In this document: piece by piece, positions 1 to 9,970 of the stretch
Numbering within the stretch: position 1 is the stretch's first letter
Layout of the letters: the number at the start of each line of letters is the position of its first letter
NCBI GenBank assembly: GCA_963668425.1
Contig: OY764332.1
Coordinates: 259,903-323,902, forward strand
Reading direction: 5' to 3'
Origin: Minisyncoccota bacterium
GTDB lineage: Bacteria; Patescibacteriota; Minisyncoccia; Phycocordibacterales; JABAAK01
DNA length: 64,000 nucleotides
Made by a program: the position numbers and the translations under genes
The notes under the pieces: model-generated
Databases searched by the model: none
Seen by the model: only the letters and a program-made list of their open reading frames with translations
Told to the model about the DNA's origin: nothing

Positions 1-972
1 GTGATATCTGACTGGCTACCACAGTCAGCGTGGGTGCTTGATTTCCCCGGTCCGTACAGAGAGTACACACCACCGGAAAGTAATCCCGAGGACTTCGTCG
101 GTCGGGTGTGTATGGAGGTTCCACGTGGTAATGACGACTGGGCTAACGTGGACTACATAGCACCAGTGTCTCTTGCCGTTGTGACCATAACACATGGCCC
201 AAGAAAAGGAGAACAAGTAACTACCGACGAAGGTGGCTACTTCCACTTTCCAAATGTAAAAGGAGACAAGATGTACCTCCGGGTACAGCGGGCATACCTT
301 GAACCAAAAGAGGTTATAGTACACCGCAATAAACCTACCGAACTTCAGCAACTAAGACCGAACGAGGTCTTTGACGCTGAGCATCAAAATCGAGAACGAC
401 CACAAAACGCCCCGGGTATAATTCTAGTAGGGATACGGTGGCCAGATGCAGTCCGCTCCATCCTAGAATCTGAGCCACTCCCGCATGATCTGTTGCTTAC
501 AATAGGTCCTGCGTTCTTTTATGATGATGATAGCGGGTTAATGACTGCTGGGTATTATATAGGGCATGTGGCTTCGGTCTACTATACATTCCCTGAGGAA
601 GAAGGTCGAATTTATCACCCTACCCTCGTCCACGAGCTCGCCCATGCACGGCAACACGCAGTTGCCATTATGCATGGTGACAATAGTTTGTTTGATTGGG
701 AAAAAACCCCTGAGGGTAAAGAGTACCAGGCGGCGTTGGAGAAAGATTTGGCAGAGATTCCGTACAAACACTGGATTGGCACGCTTGATAAGAACGAATA
801 CCTTGGATCAAGCATGCTTGAAAACGCCGCTGAGCTTTACGTTATGTACTGGTATTTTGGGATCGAAGAATTCCTAGGAGGTTCTGAGACACCTGGAGAC
901 GGCGGCATACGAGCAAGAGCCCCCAACCGCTTTAAATGGTGCCAAAAGTATATTAGAGCAAGGCACAACTGA
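1..972 (+). CDS. Zinc metallopeptidase paralog (HExxH motif VHELAHARQH; carboxypeptidase-regulatory-like beta domain), 5' end cut by the window edge
   Basis: The ORF runs from the window start. About 85-90% aa identity to residues about 216-534 of the 7564..9168 peptidase. HELAH zinc-binding motif present. Confidence 0.6.
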   Translation: MISDWLPQSAWVLDFPGPYREYTPPESNPEDFVGRVCMEVPRGNDDWANVDYIAPVSLAVVTITHGPRKGEQVTTDEGGYFHFPNVKGDKMYLRVQRAYLEPKEVIVHRNKPTELQQLRPNEVFDAEHQNRERPQNAPGIILVGIRWPDAVRSILESEPLPHDLLLTIGPAFFYDDDSGLMTAGYYIGHVASVYYTFPEEEGRIYHPTLVHELAHARQHAVAIMHGDNSLFDWEKTPEGKEYQAALEKDLAEIPYKHWIGTLDKNEYLGSSMLENAAELYVMYWYFGIEEFLGGSETPGDGGIRARAPNRFKWCQKYIRARHN

Positions 973-986
973 CCTTTAGTAAACAA

Positions 987-1021
987 GACGACCAACATTT
1001 TTTGCGTTGGTCGTTTTTTTC
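987..1021 (+). terminator. Rho-independent terminator (gacgaccaac...gttggtcgt plus T-run)
   Basis: GC stem-loop followed by 7 T residues, immediately after the peptidase stop codon. Confidence 0.6.
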
Positions 1022-1519
1022 ATCTATACAAACCAGTACACCACCACCAAAGATACACTCAAAACAAAAGGAAGTCATTTTCAATGTATAAGGGGTACAA
1101 AAGAGAGTACGGTTTAGTTGTGGTACCAAGTCATGGAGACAGACATATTCCGATCGGAACAATGCGCGCTATTGTGAGACAATCCGACATTCCGAGAGAA
1201 CAATGGGAAAAATGATTTTCTTTGTGTGTACTGTGAATCACTATTCATACTAGATTATCTGCAATGCAAAACACTATTTGTGCTACTCACGAAGCGGAGA
1301 AAAATGGTAGAAATATGTACAGCAAATTAAGTCCTTTTTTTAAGAATAAGGTGGAGTACTGTAATGTTTTTCCGACTGCAGATAGGTGACTTATTCAGTA
1401 TTTTCCGCATAATTTGGTATGGTATGTACATACTACCTGTTGCTTTTTTAAGAATACGGGTGCTGCTTATTATCCACTAGAATTATGGACAAAGTATCAG
1501 CAGCGTGGGTATACTGTGA

Positions 1520-1771
1520 TTGTGTATGCAAAACGAGATAGATAAAAATTATGAGGCATTTCTGAAGGAATTGCCTGAATTGCTGAAAGATAAAAACAAT
1601 CTTAATAAGTTTTCTCTTTGGCATGATGGTAGCATGGTTGGTATTTTTGACACGGAGTCGGATGCTATTAACATTGGAAAGGAAAAGTATAAGGAGTTTG
1701 GAAATTTTTCTATTCAGCAAATAACAAATAATGATGGGCTTGATCTTGGTTTTATCTCCTTATGTCAGTAA
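1520..1771 (+). CDS. Hypothetical small protein (83 aa), overlaps the start of the downstream aspartic protease gene
   Basis: ORF only. The 10-bp overlap with the next gene suggests translational coupling. No recognizable motif. Confidence 0.3.
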   Translation: MCMQNEIDKNYEAFLKELPELLKDKNNLNKFSLWHDGSMVGIFDTESDAINIGKEKYKEFGNFSIQQITNNDGLDLGFISLCQ

Positions 1772-2148
1772 TATCTTCAGATTTTCGTATCCCGCATGAC
1801 AATAGACCTCATTTACATGTTGATGTTTTGTATGGTGAGAAACACATTACTGTGGTTGCCTTGATTGACACAGGAGCACAGAATTGTTGTATTTCAAATG
1901 AAAAAGCGGCAGAGTTAGGTCTTCCTGTGTTAGGAAAGACAGTCATGCAAGGATCCGCAGGAGAGACACCAACAAATATCTATAAAATTGATTCTATTGT
2001 GTTACCAAACGGGTTTGTTTATAGGAAGGCTGGTATTGTTGGTTATACGAAATGTGCTGCTACTGCTGACATTATCTTAGGGATGGATTTGTTAGGATTG
2101 GGATTCTTCTCTGTTTCTTTTGACGGAACGATGATTATTGCGCTATAA
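1762..2148 (+). CDS. Retropepsin-like (clan AA) aspartic protease, 128 aa
   Basis: Catalytic motif hhhALIDTGAQ (VVALIDTGAQNCCIS) and a C-terminal IILGMDLL motif typical of dimeric retropepsin-type proteases. Confidence 0.6.
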   Translation: MSVISSDFRIPHDNRPHLHVDVLYGEKHITVVALIDTGAQNCCISNEKAAELGLPVLGKTVMQGSAGETPTNIYKIDSIVLPNGFVYRKAGIVGYTKCAATADIILGMDLLGLGFFSVSFDGTMIIAL

Positions 2149-2187
2149 GGTATTCCTATTTTCTAAGGAATATTGGATGAATTCGCA

Positions 2188-2292
2188 GAAGGTGAAATTT
2201 ATTACCCTGTCCTCGTCCACGAGCTCGCCCATGCACGGCAACACGCAGTTGCCATTATGTATGGTGGTAATAATTTGGACACTATTACTTAA
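2188..2292 (+). pseudogene. About 100-bp fragment of the zinc metallopeptidase gene (HELAHARQHAVAIM region)
   Basis: Matches 625..700 and the reverse complement of 7860..7930 at the DNA level. Translates to YYPVLVHELAHARQHAVAIMYGG followed by a stop. No start codon or upstream coding sequence. Confidence 0.55.
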
Positions 2293-2304
2293 AACATAGG
2301 AGGT

Positions 2305-5300
2305 TTAGTGCCTTTTGTGACTACACCCACCACTTGAGTGGTTGTGTCCGGTACTGCCATAACATGATCCTGACTTCACTCCATCATGCCAATGACAACA
2401 AGAAGAAGGAGAAGAAGATCTACAACTACCACCTGAACAACCGTTAGAGCAGCTTGACGTACTCCATGCCTTTACACATGAGCCACTTCGTGTTGTACAG
2501 TAACACCGTTTAGTGCCGCCGTTATGACACCATGGTGATTGTGAACCGCAACCGCACTCATTGCCGCTACACGAAACAGATCCTCCCCCCGTAGAACACC
2601 CCGAAGTAGTACAAGAGCGAGAAGAAGGTCCTGAAGGAGGAACCACCACAGGAAGCACCGTTACAGGAGCGACTCTGGGTACCTGCGGTAGAGCTGTCAG
2701 AGGTGCTGGAAGTACAACTACAGGAACTCCAACTTCCGTAGGTTCCGTCGACACGGGTGCAAGAAGGTTTACAACTACCATTAGAGCAACCGTTAGGGCA
2801 GTTTGACGTACTCCATGCCTTTACACATGAACCACTTCGTATTCTACAGTAACACTGTTTCGTTTGAGTGCTGGTATTACACCATGGTGATGTGTTACCG
2901 CAACCGCACTCATTGCCGCTACACGAAACAGATCCTCCCCCCGTAGAACACCCCGAAGTAGTACAAGAGCGAGAAGAAGGTCCTGAACAGGAACCACCAC
3001 AGGAAGCACCGTTACAGGAGCGACTCTGGGTACCTGCGGTAGAGCTGTCAGAGGTGCTGGAAGTACAACTACAGGAACTCCAACTTCCGTAGGTTCCGTC
3101 GACACGGGTGCAAGAAGGTTTACAACTACCATTAGAGCAACCGTTAGGGCAGTTTGACGTACTCCATGCCTTTACACATGAACCACTTCGTATTCTACAG
3201 TAACACTGTTTCGTTTGAGTGCTGGTATTACACCATGGTGATGTGTTACCGCAACCGCACTCATTGCCGCTACACGAAACAGATCCTCCCCCCGTAGAAC
3301 ACCCCGAAGTAGTACAAGAGCGAGAAGAAGGTCCTGAACAGGAACCACCACAGGAAGCACCGTTACAGGAGCGACTCTGGGTACCTGCGGTAGAGCTGTC
3401 AGAGGTGCTGGAAGTACAACTACAGGAACTCCAACTTCCGTAGGTTCCGTCGACACGGGTGCAAGAAGGTTTACAACTGCCAGAAGTACACGTCTGTCCG
3501 CTGGGGCATTTGGTGCCGGCGGGGCAGGATTTTTTGCTTCCAGAGCAGTTAATCTCGGAGCAATCTGCCTTTTCTCCTTTTTTGCAGGTAGCAGAAATAG
3601 GAGAATTACAGGAAACAGAGGAAGGACTCGGGCAAGTCCAGGAAGGAGTACGGTATTGACATAATGCAGAGCAAGAATTACTCTTCTTTGTCCAAGAGCC
3701 GTTGTCGCAGGTGTAGGAACAAGAGCCGTTAGAAACGGAACAAGATCCTACTGATTGACCATGACTGGCTGTAGGTAATGAACAATTTGACACTTTTCCC
3801 CCTTGACAAGATGTACGACTGCAACCGCCATTCCGAGACCAAGAGCCGTTGTTGCATGAATATTGACAGGCACCACTATAGCCATCGGCACACGCCAACC
3901 ATTGTGTAGTATTACCATGTTCGACTGCAGGCAAGGGGCAACCTGACACTGTTTTTGCGGGGCAAGATTTTTTTGAGGTTGCGCCAAAACAAGAATTACT
4001 GTTCTTTTTCCAAAGGCCGTTATTATTGCAGGTGTAGGAACAAGAGCCAGTGGAGACACAAGAACCTGCTGATTGACCATATTTGGTTACCGGCAATGCA
4101 CAACCTGTTATTGTTTTGCCCCCGCAAGATGTTTTTACTGAGGATAAACAAGAATTATTGATCTTTATCCAAGAACCGTTATTGCATCTGTAGTTACAAA
4201 AATATACAGGAGCCACAGAAGATTTCTCAATACAACTTCCAGTTTTGCCGTCACCATGTTGTGCTACCCCTAAAGTGCAATTTGACAGTATCTTGGGAGC
4301 ACAGGATGATTGTGCTTTTGAGTCGCAGTGGTACCGTGAGAATTCACATTCTTGACCAGCAGGACAGTGAGAATGTGTGGTACATTCCTTACATAGTACT
4401 CGATTAAGTATGGTCCTATAACATCCGAGGGCACAAGTTTCAACATCTCTTGACTTAACAACAGTACCATTTTTTTTGCAGTTCTGACGGATGTTTCCAT
4501 TATTAGCACAAAAACGACCACCCCAATTTGAGCAAGAAGCGGGACTAGATTTACACGTACCACTTGAACTTGCACAACCGTTAGAGCAGTTTGTCGTAGT
4601 AAACGCCTTTACACACGTATTGTTTTTTTCAACGCAACTACACGATAACGAATTATTACCCTGACAGAATGGTTGTTTTGGTCCACAGTTGCAGTCATTT
4701 TTTCCATCACGGCAATGACGCTCTGGTTTTTTTTCACACTTACCACCCTTACAAGTACCCTCGGAACACTTCGTACCCGTCACGCTTGGTGGAGGACCAC
4801 TACACTGCACGGGGTTACAGTTACTATCTTGTCCAGTGTTACAAGAGGCATAACCTGTCTTACCGCAGTCAATGGAAGATTTTGAAGGGGTGCTCCAAGA
4901 GGCAGGTTTAGAAGGGCAGATTTTGTTTTTTGTACAATCCTTCGTACCCGTCACGCTTGGTGGAGGACCACTACACTGCACGGGGTTACAGTTACTATCT
5001 TGTCCAGTGTTACAAGAGGCATAACCTGTCTTACCGCAGTCAATGGAAGATTTTGAAGGGAGAATCCAAGAGGCAAGTTTAGAAGGGCAGATTTTCTCTT
5101 TTGTACAATCCTTCGTACCCGTCACACTTGGTGAAGAACCACTACACTGCACGGTGTTACAGTTACTATCTTGTCCAGTGTTACAAGAGGCACTACGTGT
5201 CTTACCGCAGTCAATGGAAGATGCCGAAGGGGTGCTCCAATAGGCAGCTCTAGGAGGACAGGATCTACTTGTACAATCTTTCGTACCCGTCACACTTGGT

Positions 5301-7216
5301 GAAGAACCACTACACTGCACGGTGTTACAGTTACTATCTTGTCCAGTGTTACAAGAGGCACTACGTGTCTTACCGCAGTCAATGGAAGATGCCGAAGGTA
5401 GAGCACTCCAAGAGGCAGATCTGGGAGAACAGGATCTACTTCCACAACCCTTCGTACCCGTTACGCTTGGTGAAGAACCACTGCACTGCACGGTGTTACA
5501 GTTACTATCTTGTCCAGTGTTACAAGAGGCACTACGTGTCTTACCGCAGTCAATGGAAGATGCCGAAGGTAGAGCACTCCAAGAGGCAGATCTAGGAGAA
5601 CAGGATCTACTTCCACAACCCTTCGTACCCGTTACGCTTGGCGAAGAACCACCACACTGCACGGTGTTACCACAGCTATCAACACCAGGAATGCAAGATG
5701 CACTCTTAGTAACACCACAGGCAACAGTAGATGCTGCAGGAAGGTCAGTCCAGGAAGGAGTGCGGGGAGTGGTGTTGCAGGCAGGAGTAACAACACAACG
5801 ATCGCCAGAGCATTTTCCACTTGCACACTTCGTACCCGTTACCGTTGGTGAAGAACCACTACACGACAAACCACCACATGAAGGACTTGGGTCATTGCAA
5901 GTTGCCGTCTCTGTAGTACCACAGGCAATGGAAGACGCCGAAGGTAGAGCACTCCACCCTCCATTCACAGGAGAGCAACCTCCCGTAACACAACTCCCCC
6001 CAGAGCATGTTTGCCCTGCGGCGCACGCTGTACCAGTACCAGTACAGGTTCTAGTAGGTCCAGCACCACTACACCCTATAGCAGAACAGGTAGTAGTTAC
6101 TCCAATACGGCAGTTGTCAGAGGCGGTGTTAGGTATAGCAGTACCACAGGCAACAGAAGAAGCACTTGCACAGTCCGGAGCAGGATACCAAGAAGCAGCA
6201 CGGTAGGTACAGGTTAGACTCGGTACAACACTTACGCTACGATACGCAGACCAAGCAGTGCAGGAATGTTTGCCCTGCGGCGCACGCTGTACCTTGTTCT
6301 TGCGCCTGAGACAAACATAGTAGGTACTACCGTTGGTGAGACCACCATAGGACTTGGATCGGGTTGTTTGTGTAGCGTAGGAGCCACCAGCACAGGTACT
6401 GGAGGTGGTAATCTTTGCTTGGTAGTCGTATAAAGCGATGTTGGTGAAACCAAAGTTGGTGGAACCAAAGTCAGCAATCGCTCCAGTGTTTTGTGGGCGT
6501 GTGGAAAAAAGCGATGGCTGTGGTGCAGTAGTGCAGGAGGTAACACAACTCCCCCCAGAGCATGTTTGCCCTGCGGCACATGAGAGGTACTGCGTCTTTT
6601 TGATGACAGATCCTACTCTGCAATAACGAACACGTCTGTTGTTGTCACTGCAAGTGTAGGCATCGTCCCACGTGCAGGGTATGCACCTCTGCTCTGCCTT
6701 GTTACAGAAAGTGGCACCAGAGCAGTGGCTGTCTTGCGTACACTGCACACATCTGCCGATAGCAGTATTACAAGCCGGAGTTGGTACAGCACAGTCACTG
6801 TCACGTTTACAAGGACTGCCAACACACTTAAGCCCCAAAGTGGTCAAAGCAGCAAACTCACCCACACTACAGCAGTCAGCACAGTCGGTGATATAGGTGC
6901 TTGCTCTGTTGGTAAGCGGAAAGCACGAAAGCCCTGTTGGAGTAATCTTTAGAAACTCCCCAGAATTACAGCACTCAGATGGGGTGTCACATTCATTACT
7001 CCATGTGTCAGTCGGTGCGGCGCAGACGATACCTTGGTGGGTGAGTGTGGCATACTCGTCAGTAGCACAGGTTGTCACCACATCAAGAGGGCTTTGACGA
7101 GTGGTCGGCGAGCGTGCCTCTACCGCCACACTTCCGACGAGTAAAGCATGAATAACCATCGCAATAAGCAACGCCGACAGTAGCACAAACCTAGTAGAAA
7201 AAATAAACAAAGGCAT
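2305..7216 (-). CDS. Giant secreted Cys-rich repeat protein (about 1630 aa if continuous) with thrombospondin-type-1-like (TSP1) repeats. An apparent +1 frameshift near 2625-2640 splits it into ORFs 2567..7216 and 2305..2781
   Basis: N-terminal signal peptide (MPLFIFSTRFVLLSALLIAMVIHALLVGSVAVEA). Repeated W-S-x-W-S...C...C-G-x-x-x-x-R/S-x-C modules, for example SWSSCSCTSSTSDSSTAGTQSRSCNGASCGGSCSGPSSRSC. The C-terminal repeat copy differs from the upstream copies by one inserted base, and the sequence continues in the 2305..2781 frame. Confidence 0.7.
2440..3490. repeat. Three tandem 351-bp intragenic repeats inside the giant gene
   Basis: Shadow ORFs 2821..3132 and 3172..3456 are identical. 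The DNA period is 351 bp. Confidence 0.85.
4775..5900. repeat. Six to seven tandem intragenic repeats of about 160-175 bp encoding a repeated 55-57-aa Cys module
   Basis: The motif cttcgtacccgt(c/t)acgcttggtg(g/a)ag recurs at 4775, 4931, 5101, 5279, 5451, 5626 and 5826. Confidence 0.8.
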
Positions 7217-7311
7217 ACTGTGTTTATTGTACTACTGCAAAAATATAAAGAAAGAGATAATGCACATACTGTTCTTTGAGTAAGCAATCTCTATGAAGAA
7301 TGGCTCACCTT

Positions 7312-8523
7312 ACACACAAAGAAAATCATTTTTCCCATTGTTCTCTCGGAATGCCGGATTGTCTCACAATAGCGCGCATTGTTCCGACCAGAATATGTCT
7401 GTCTCCATGACTTGGCACCACAACTAAACCGAACTCTCTTTTGTACCCCTTATACATTGAAAATGACTTCCTCTTGTTTTGAGTGTATCTTTGGTGGTGG
7501 TGTACTGGTTTGTATATATGAAAAAAACGACCAACGTGGTTTGTTGGTCGTTTTTGGTAAGGTTCAGTTGTACTTTACTTTAAGATACTTTTGGCACCAT
7601 TTGTAACGGTTTGGAGCTCTTGCTCGTATGCCGCCGTCTCTGGTTGCTTCATGGACTCCCAGGTTTCCTTCCCTCTCAACATCCCAGTAATAAACGTGAA
7701 ACTCAGCGGCGTTTTCAAGCATGTCTGATTCAGTGTGTTCGCTCTTGTCAAGCGTACCGATCCAGTGTTTGTGCGGAATCTCTGCCAAGTCCTTCTCCCA
7801 CGCCGCCTGGTACTCTTTACCCTCAGGGGTTTTTTCCCAATCAAACAAACTATTGTCACCATGCATAATGGCAACTGCGTGTTGCCGTGCATGGGCGAGC
7901 TCGTGGATGAGGACAGGGTGATAAATTTCACCTTCTTCCTCAGGGAATGCATAGTAGACCCCAACCTCATGCGATCCATAAGTCCCAAAAGTCATTCCTT
8001 CCCCATGATCAACGAACGCAGGACCTATTACAAGAAACAGATCATGCGGGAGTGGCTCAGATTCTAGGATGGAGCGGACTGCATCTGGCCACCGTAGCCC
8101 TACTAGAATCATACCCGGGGCGTTTTGTGGTTGTTCTCGATTTTGATACTCAGCGTCAAAGACCTCGTTCGGTCTTAGTTGCTGAAGTTCGGTAGGACGA
8201 GAGCGATAGGCGATTACCTCTTTTGGTTCAAGGTATGCCCGCTGTACCCGGAGGTACATTTTGTCTCCTTTTACATTTGGAAAGTGGAAGTAGCCACCTT
8301 CGTCGGTAGTTACTTGTTCTTCTTTTCTTGGACCATGTGTTATGGTCACAAGAGCGTTCTGCACTGGTGCTATGTAGTCCCCGCCAACCCATTCGTCATT
8401 ACTAGCATCTGGAACCTTCATACACACCCGACCGACAAAGTCCTCGGGATTACTCTCTGGTGGTGCGTACTCTCTGTACGGACCGGGGAAATCAAGCACC
8501 CACGCTGACTGTGGCAGCCAGTC
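7312..8523. repeat. Right arm of the about 1.2-kb inverted repeat (partner 1..1229)
   Basis: See the left arm. Confidence 0.8.
7521..7558 (-). terminator. Rho-independent terminator downstream of the peptidase gene (minus strand)
   Basis: Hairpin cgaccaac...gttggtcg followed by a T-run on the minus strand. Counterpart of the 987..1021 terminator. Confidence 0.6.
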
Positions 8524-9168
8524 AGATGCCACAGTGCCGTTATAGTATCCGTGGGTGATCGGCTCTTCTACTAGACCTGGTAGCCCTATCGTATCGGACT
8601 GTGTTACCTGCAGTTTCTTTGGGTGATGGTAAAACTTTGTGAGCGTGTTACCATCAAGGTCTGCTGATAATTTGCCGACCATGATGGACACCGCTTTGTC
8701 TGGCATTACGTACCTACAAATGTAGTCGTCTGTGCCAGAACCTAATGGCTTTGCATAGCCATGGATCAATTTTTCTTTGGGCGAGGTAACCTTGAAGCGT
8801 TCCATCGGGCTACCTCTTTCTTTGTACCAAAGCACCGGTCTACCGCTACCCTCGCCTGTAACAATATGCTCCATTGGCTCAGAGAAAACGATCTTAATAA
8901 AAACTGTTTCTCCTGCTTCAGCCGATTGTATCTCCTTGGTGAGTTTCCAGTCACTGTAGTAGCCGACTGATATTACCCTCGGAGTACCTATCGCCACGTT
9001 CATTGGAGCACTTGGAGCGTTTTCTGGAGTTCTTAGAGAGCCCAGCAAACCAAGTGTTTCATTATCGTCCAATACCAGTCCGTCTGGCTCCTCACCACAA
9101 CCCATGAGCAGAGCAATGGTTAGCACTGCAATTGCAATGTTCGCCACATGTTTCAATACATGTTTCAA
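7564..9168 (-). CDS. Lipoprotein zinc metallopeptidase (HExxH) with a carboxypeptidase-regulatory-like domain, 534 aa
   Basis: Lipobox signal (ALLMGCGEE). HELAHARQH motif. Beta-sandwich TITHGPRKEEQVTTDEGGYFHFPNVKGDKMY resembles the CarboxypepD_reg-like fold. Confidence 0.7.
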   Translation of the reverse strand: MKHVLKHVANIAIAVLTIALLMGCGEEPDGLVLDDNETLGLLGSLRTPENAPSAPMNVAIGTPRVISVGYYSDWKLTKEIQSAEAGETVFIKIVFSEPMEHIVTGEGSGRPVLWYKERGSPMERFKVTSPKEKLIHGYAKPLGSGTDDYICRYVMPDKAVSIMVGKLSADLDGNTLTKFYHHPKKLQVTQSDTIGLPGLVEEPITHGYYNGTVASDWLPQSAWVLDFPGPYREYAPPESNPEDFVGRVCMKVPDASNDEWVGGDYIAPVQNALVTITHGPRKEEQVTTDEGGYFHFPNVKGDKMYLRVQRAYLEPKEVIAYRSRPTELQQLRPNEVFDAEYQNREQPQNAPGMILVGLRWPDAVRSILESEPLPHDLFLVIGPAFVDHGEGMTFGTYGSHEVGVYYAFPEEEGEIYHPVLIHELAHARQHAVAIMHGDNSLFDWEKTPEGKEYQAAWEKDLAEIPHKHWIGTLDKSEHTESDMLENAAEFHVYYWDVEREGNLGVHEATRDGGIRARAPNRYKWCQKYLKVKYN

Positions 9169-9506
9169 TTCTGTATCCTCCTTTTTTTACTGTGAAAGGT
9201 CTGTATTCAACGCCTCAAATCCTAACTTATACTATACAACAATATTACTCTCTCGTCAAATATCTTTTCAGGCATTTTTCAATACCTGATCTAGTAACTA
9301 GTATACTGCATTTCATACTATCTATGTCCTTTTTGTCAACATCCATAGTGTATATCTATTAACCTTACAGCAAAACACTTTACATGTACTATGAAAATAA
9401 ACATCGTAAAAAACCCTTATCTTAAAAGGCATTTGAGCATTTTCCTCTTTATTTTCATATAGCACCTTTGAAAATATAATTTTCTTGTTCTTGCTAGGAC
9501 TTATTC

Positions 9507-9728
9507 CTATCCTTGCACTAATGCATACCCACTACATGAGGAACCTCCATAATCAGGAGAAGGGTTGGTGCAGGTAACGGTCTGTGTAGTACCACAGGCA
9601 ACAGAGGAATCCGAAGGAAGAGATTTCCAGGAAGCAGAAGAAGTAGAACAGGTGCGGGTGTTTGTGCAAGGGGTAGAACAACTCCCCCTGAGCAAACACC
9701 AGCAGAACAGTAGGTGCCAGTACCACAA
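9507..9728 (-). pseudogene. Isolated fragment of a TSP1-like Cys-rich repeat module (remnant of a giant-protein paralog)
   Basis: Translation SWKSLPSDSSVACGTTQTVTCTNPSPDYGGSSCSG matches the repeat modules of 2305..7216 and 37564..40293. It has no signal peptide and no flanking coding sequence. Confidence 0.5.
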
Positions 9729-9970
9729 CTTGGACTATTGCTTGATGAGCAGCTGATGGAGGTGCCGTCAGTATCAATTAGAAAACACCATTGACTGATG
9801 CGATCAACACTAACTTCTCAAAATCTTCAACTGATCCTCAGATGCTTTTCTGATAACTCGCTTCATCATTCTTTTACGTTTTTTTGAACTCATATTTGCA
9901 AAATCTCTGGAAGCCTGCTCTGCAGGTGATATAGTTTCATTATTTTTATTTTTCCAGAAAAAAGAGAAAA

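Larger units (their letters stand above)
1..1229. repeat. Left arm of an about 1.2-kb inverted repeat (peptidase 3' half plus about 250 bp of downstream non-coding DNA); partner is 7312..8523
   Basis: The non-coding tail 975..1229 is near-identical to the reverse complement of 7312..7560. The coding part is about 88% identical. Confidence 0.8.

Noticed and set aside
25-351. 108-aa minus-strand ORF, and its twin 8179..8508 on the plus strand
   Set aside because: Antisense shadow ORFs within the two peptidase gene copies, duplicated because of the inverted repeat.
2821-3456. Duplicate 94-103-aa ORFs inside the giant gene (both strands), and many other 60-160-aa ORFs within 2.5-7.2 kb and 37.5-40.3 kb
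   Set aside because: These are shadow frames of the repetitive Cys-rich coding sequence. Identical copies arise from the 351-bp tandem repeat.
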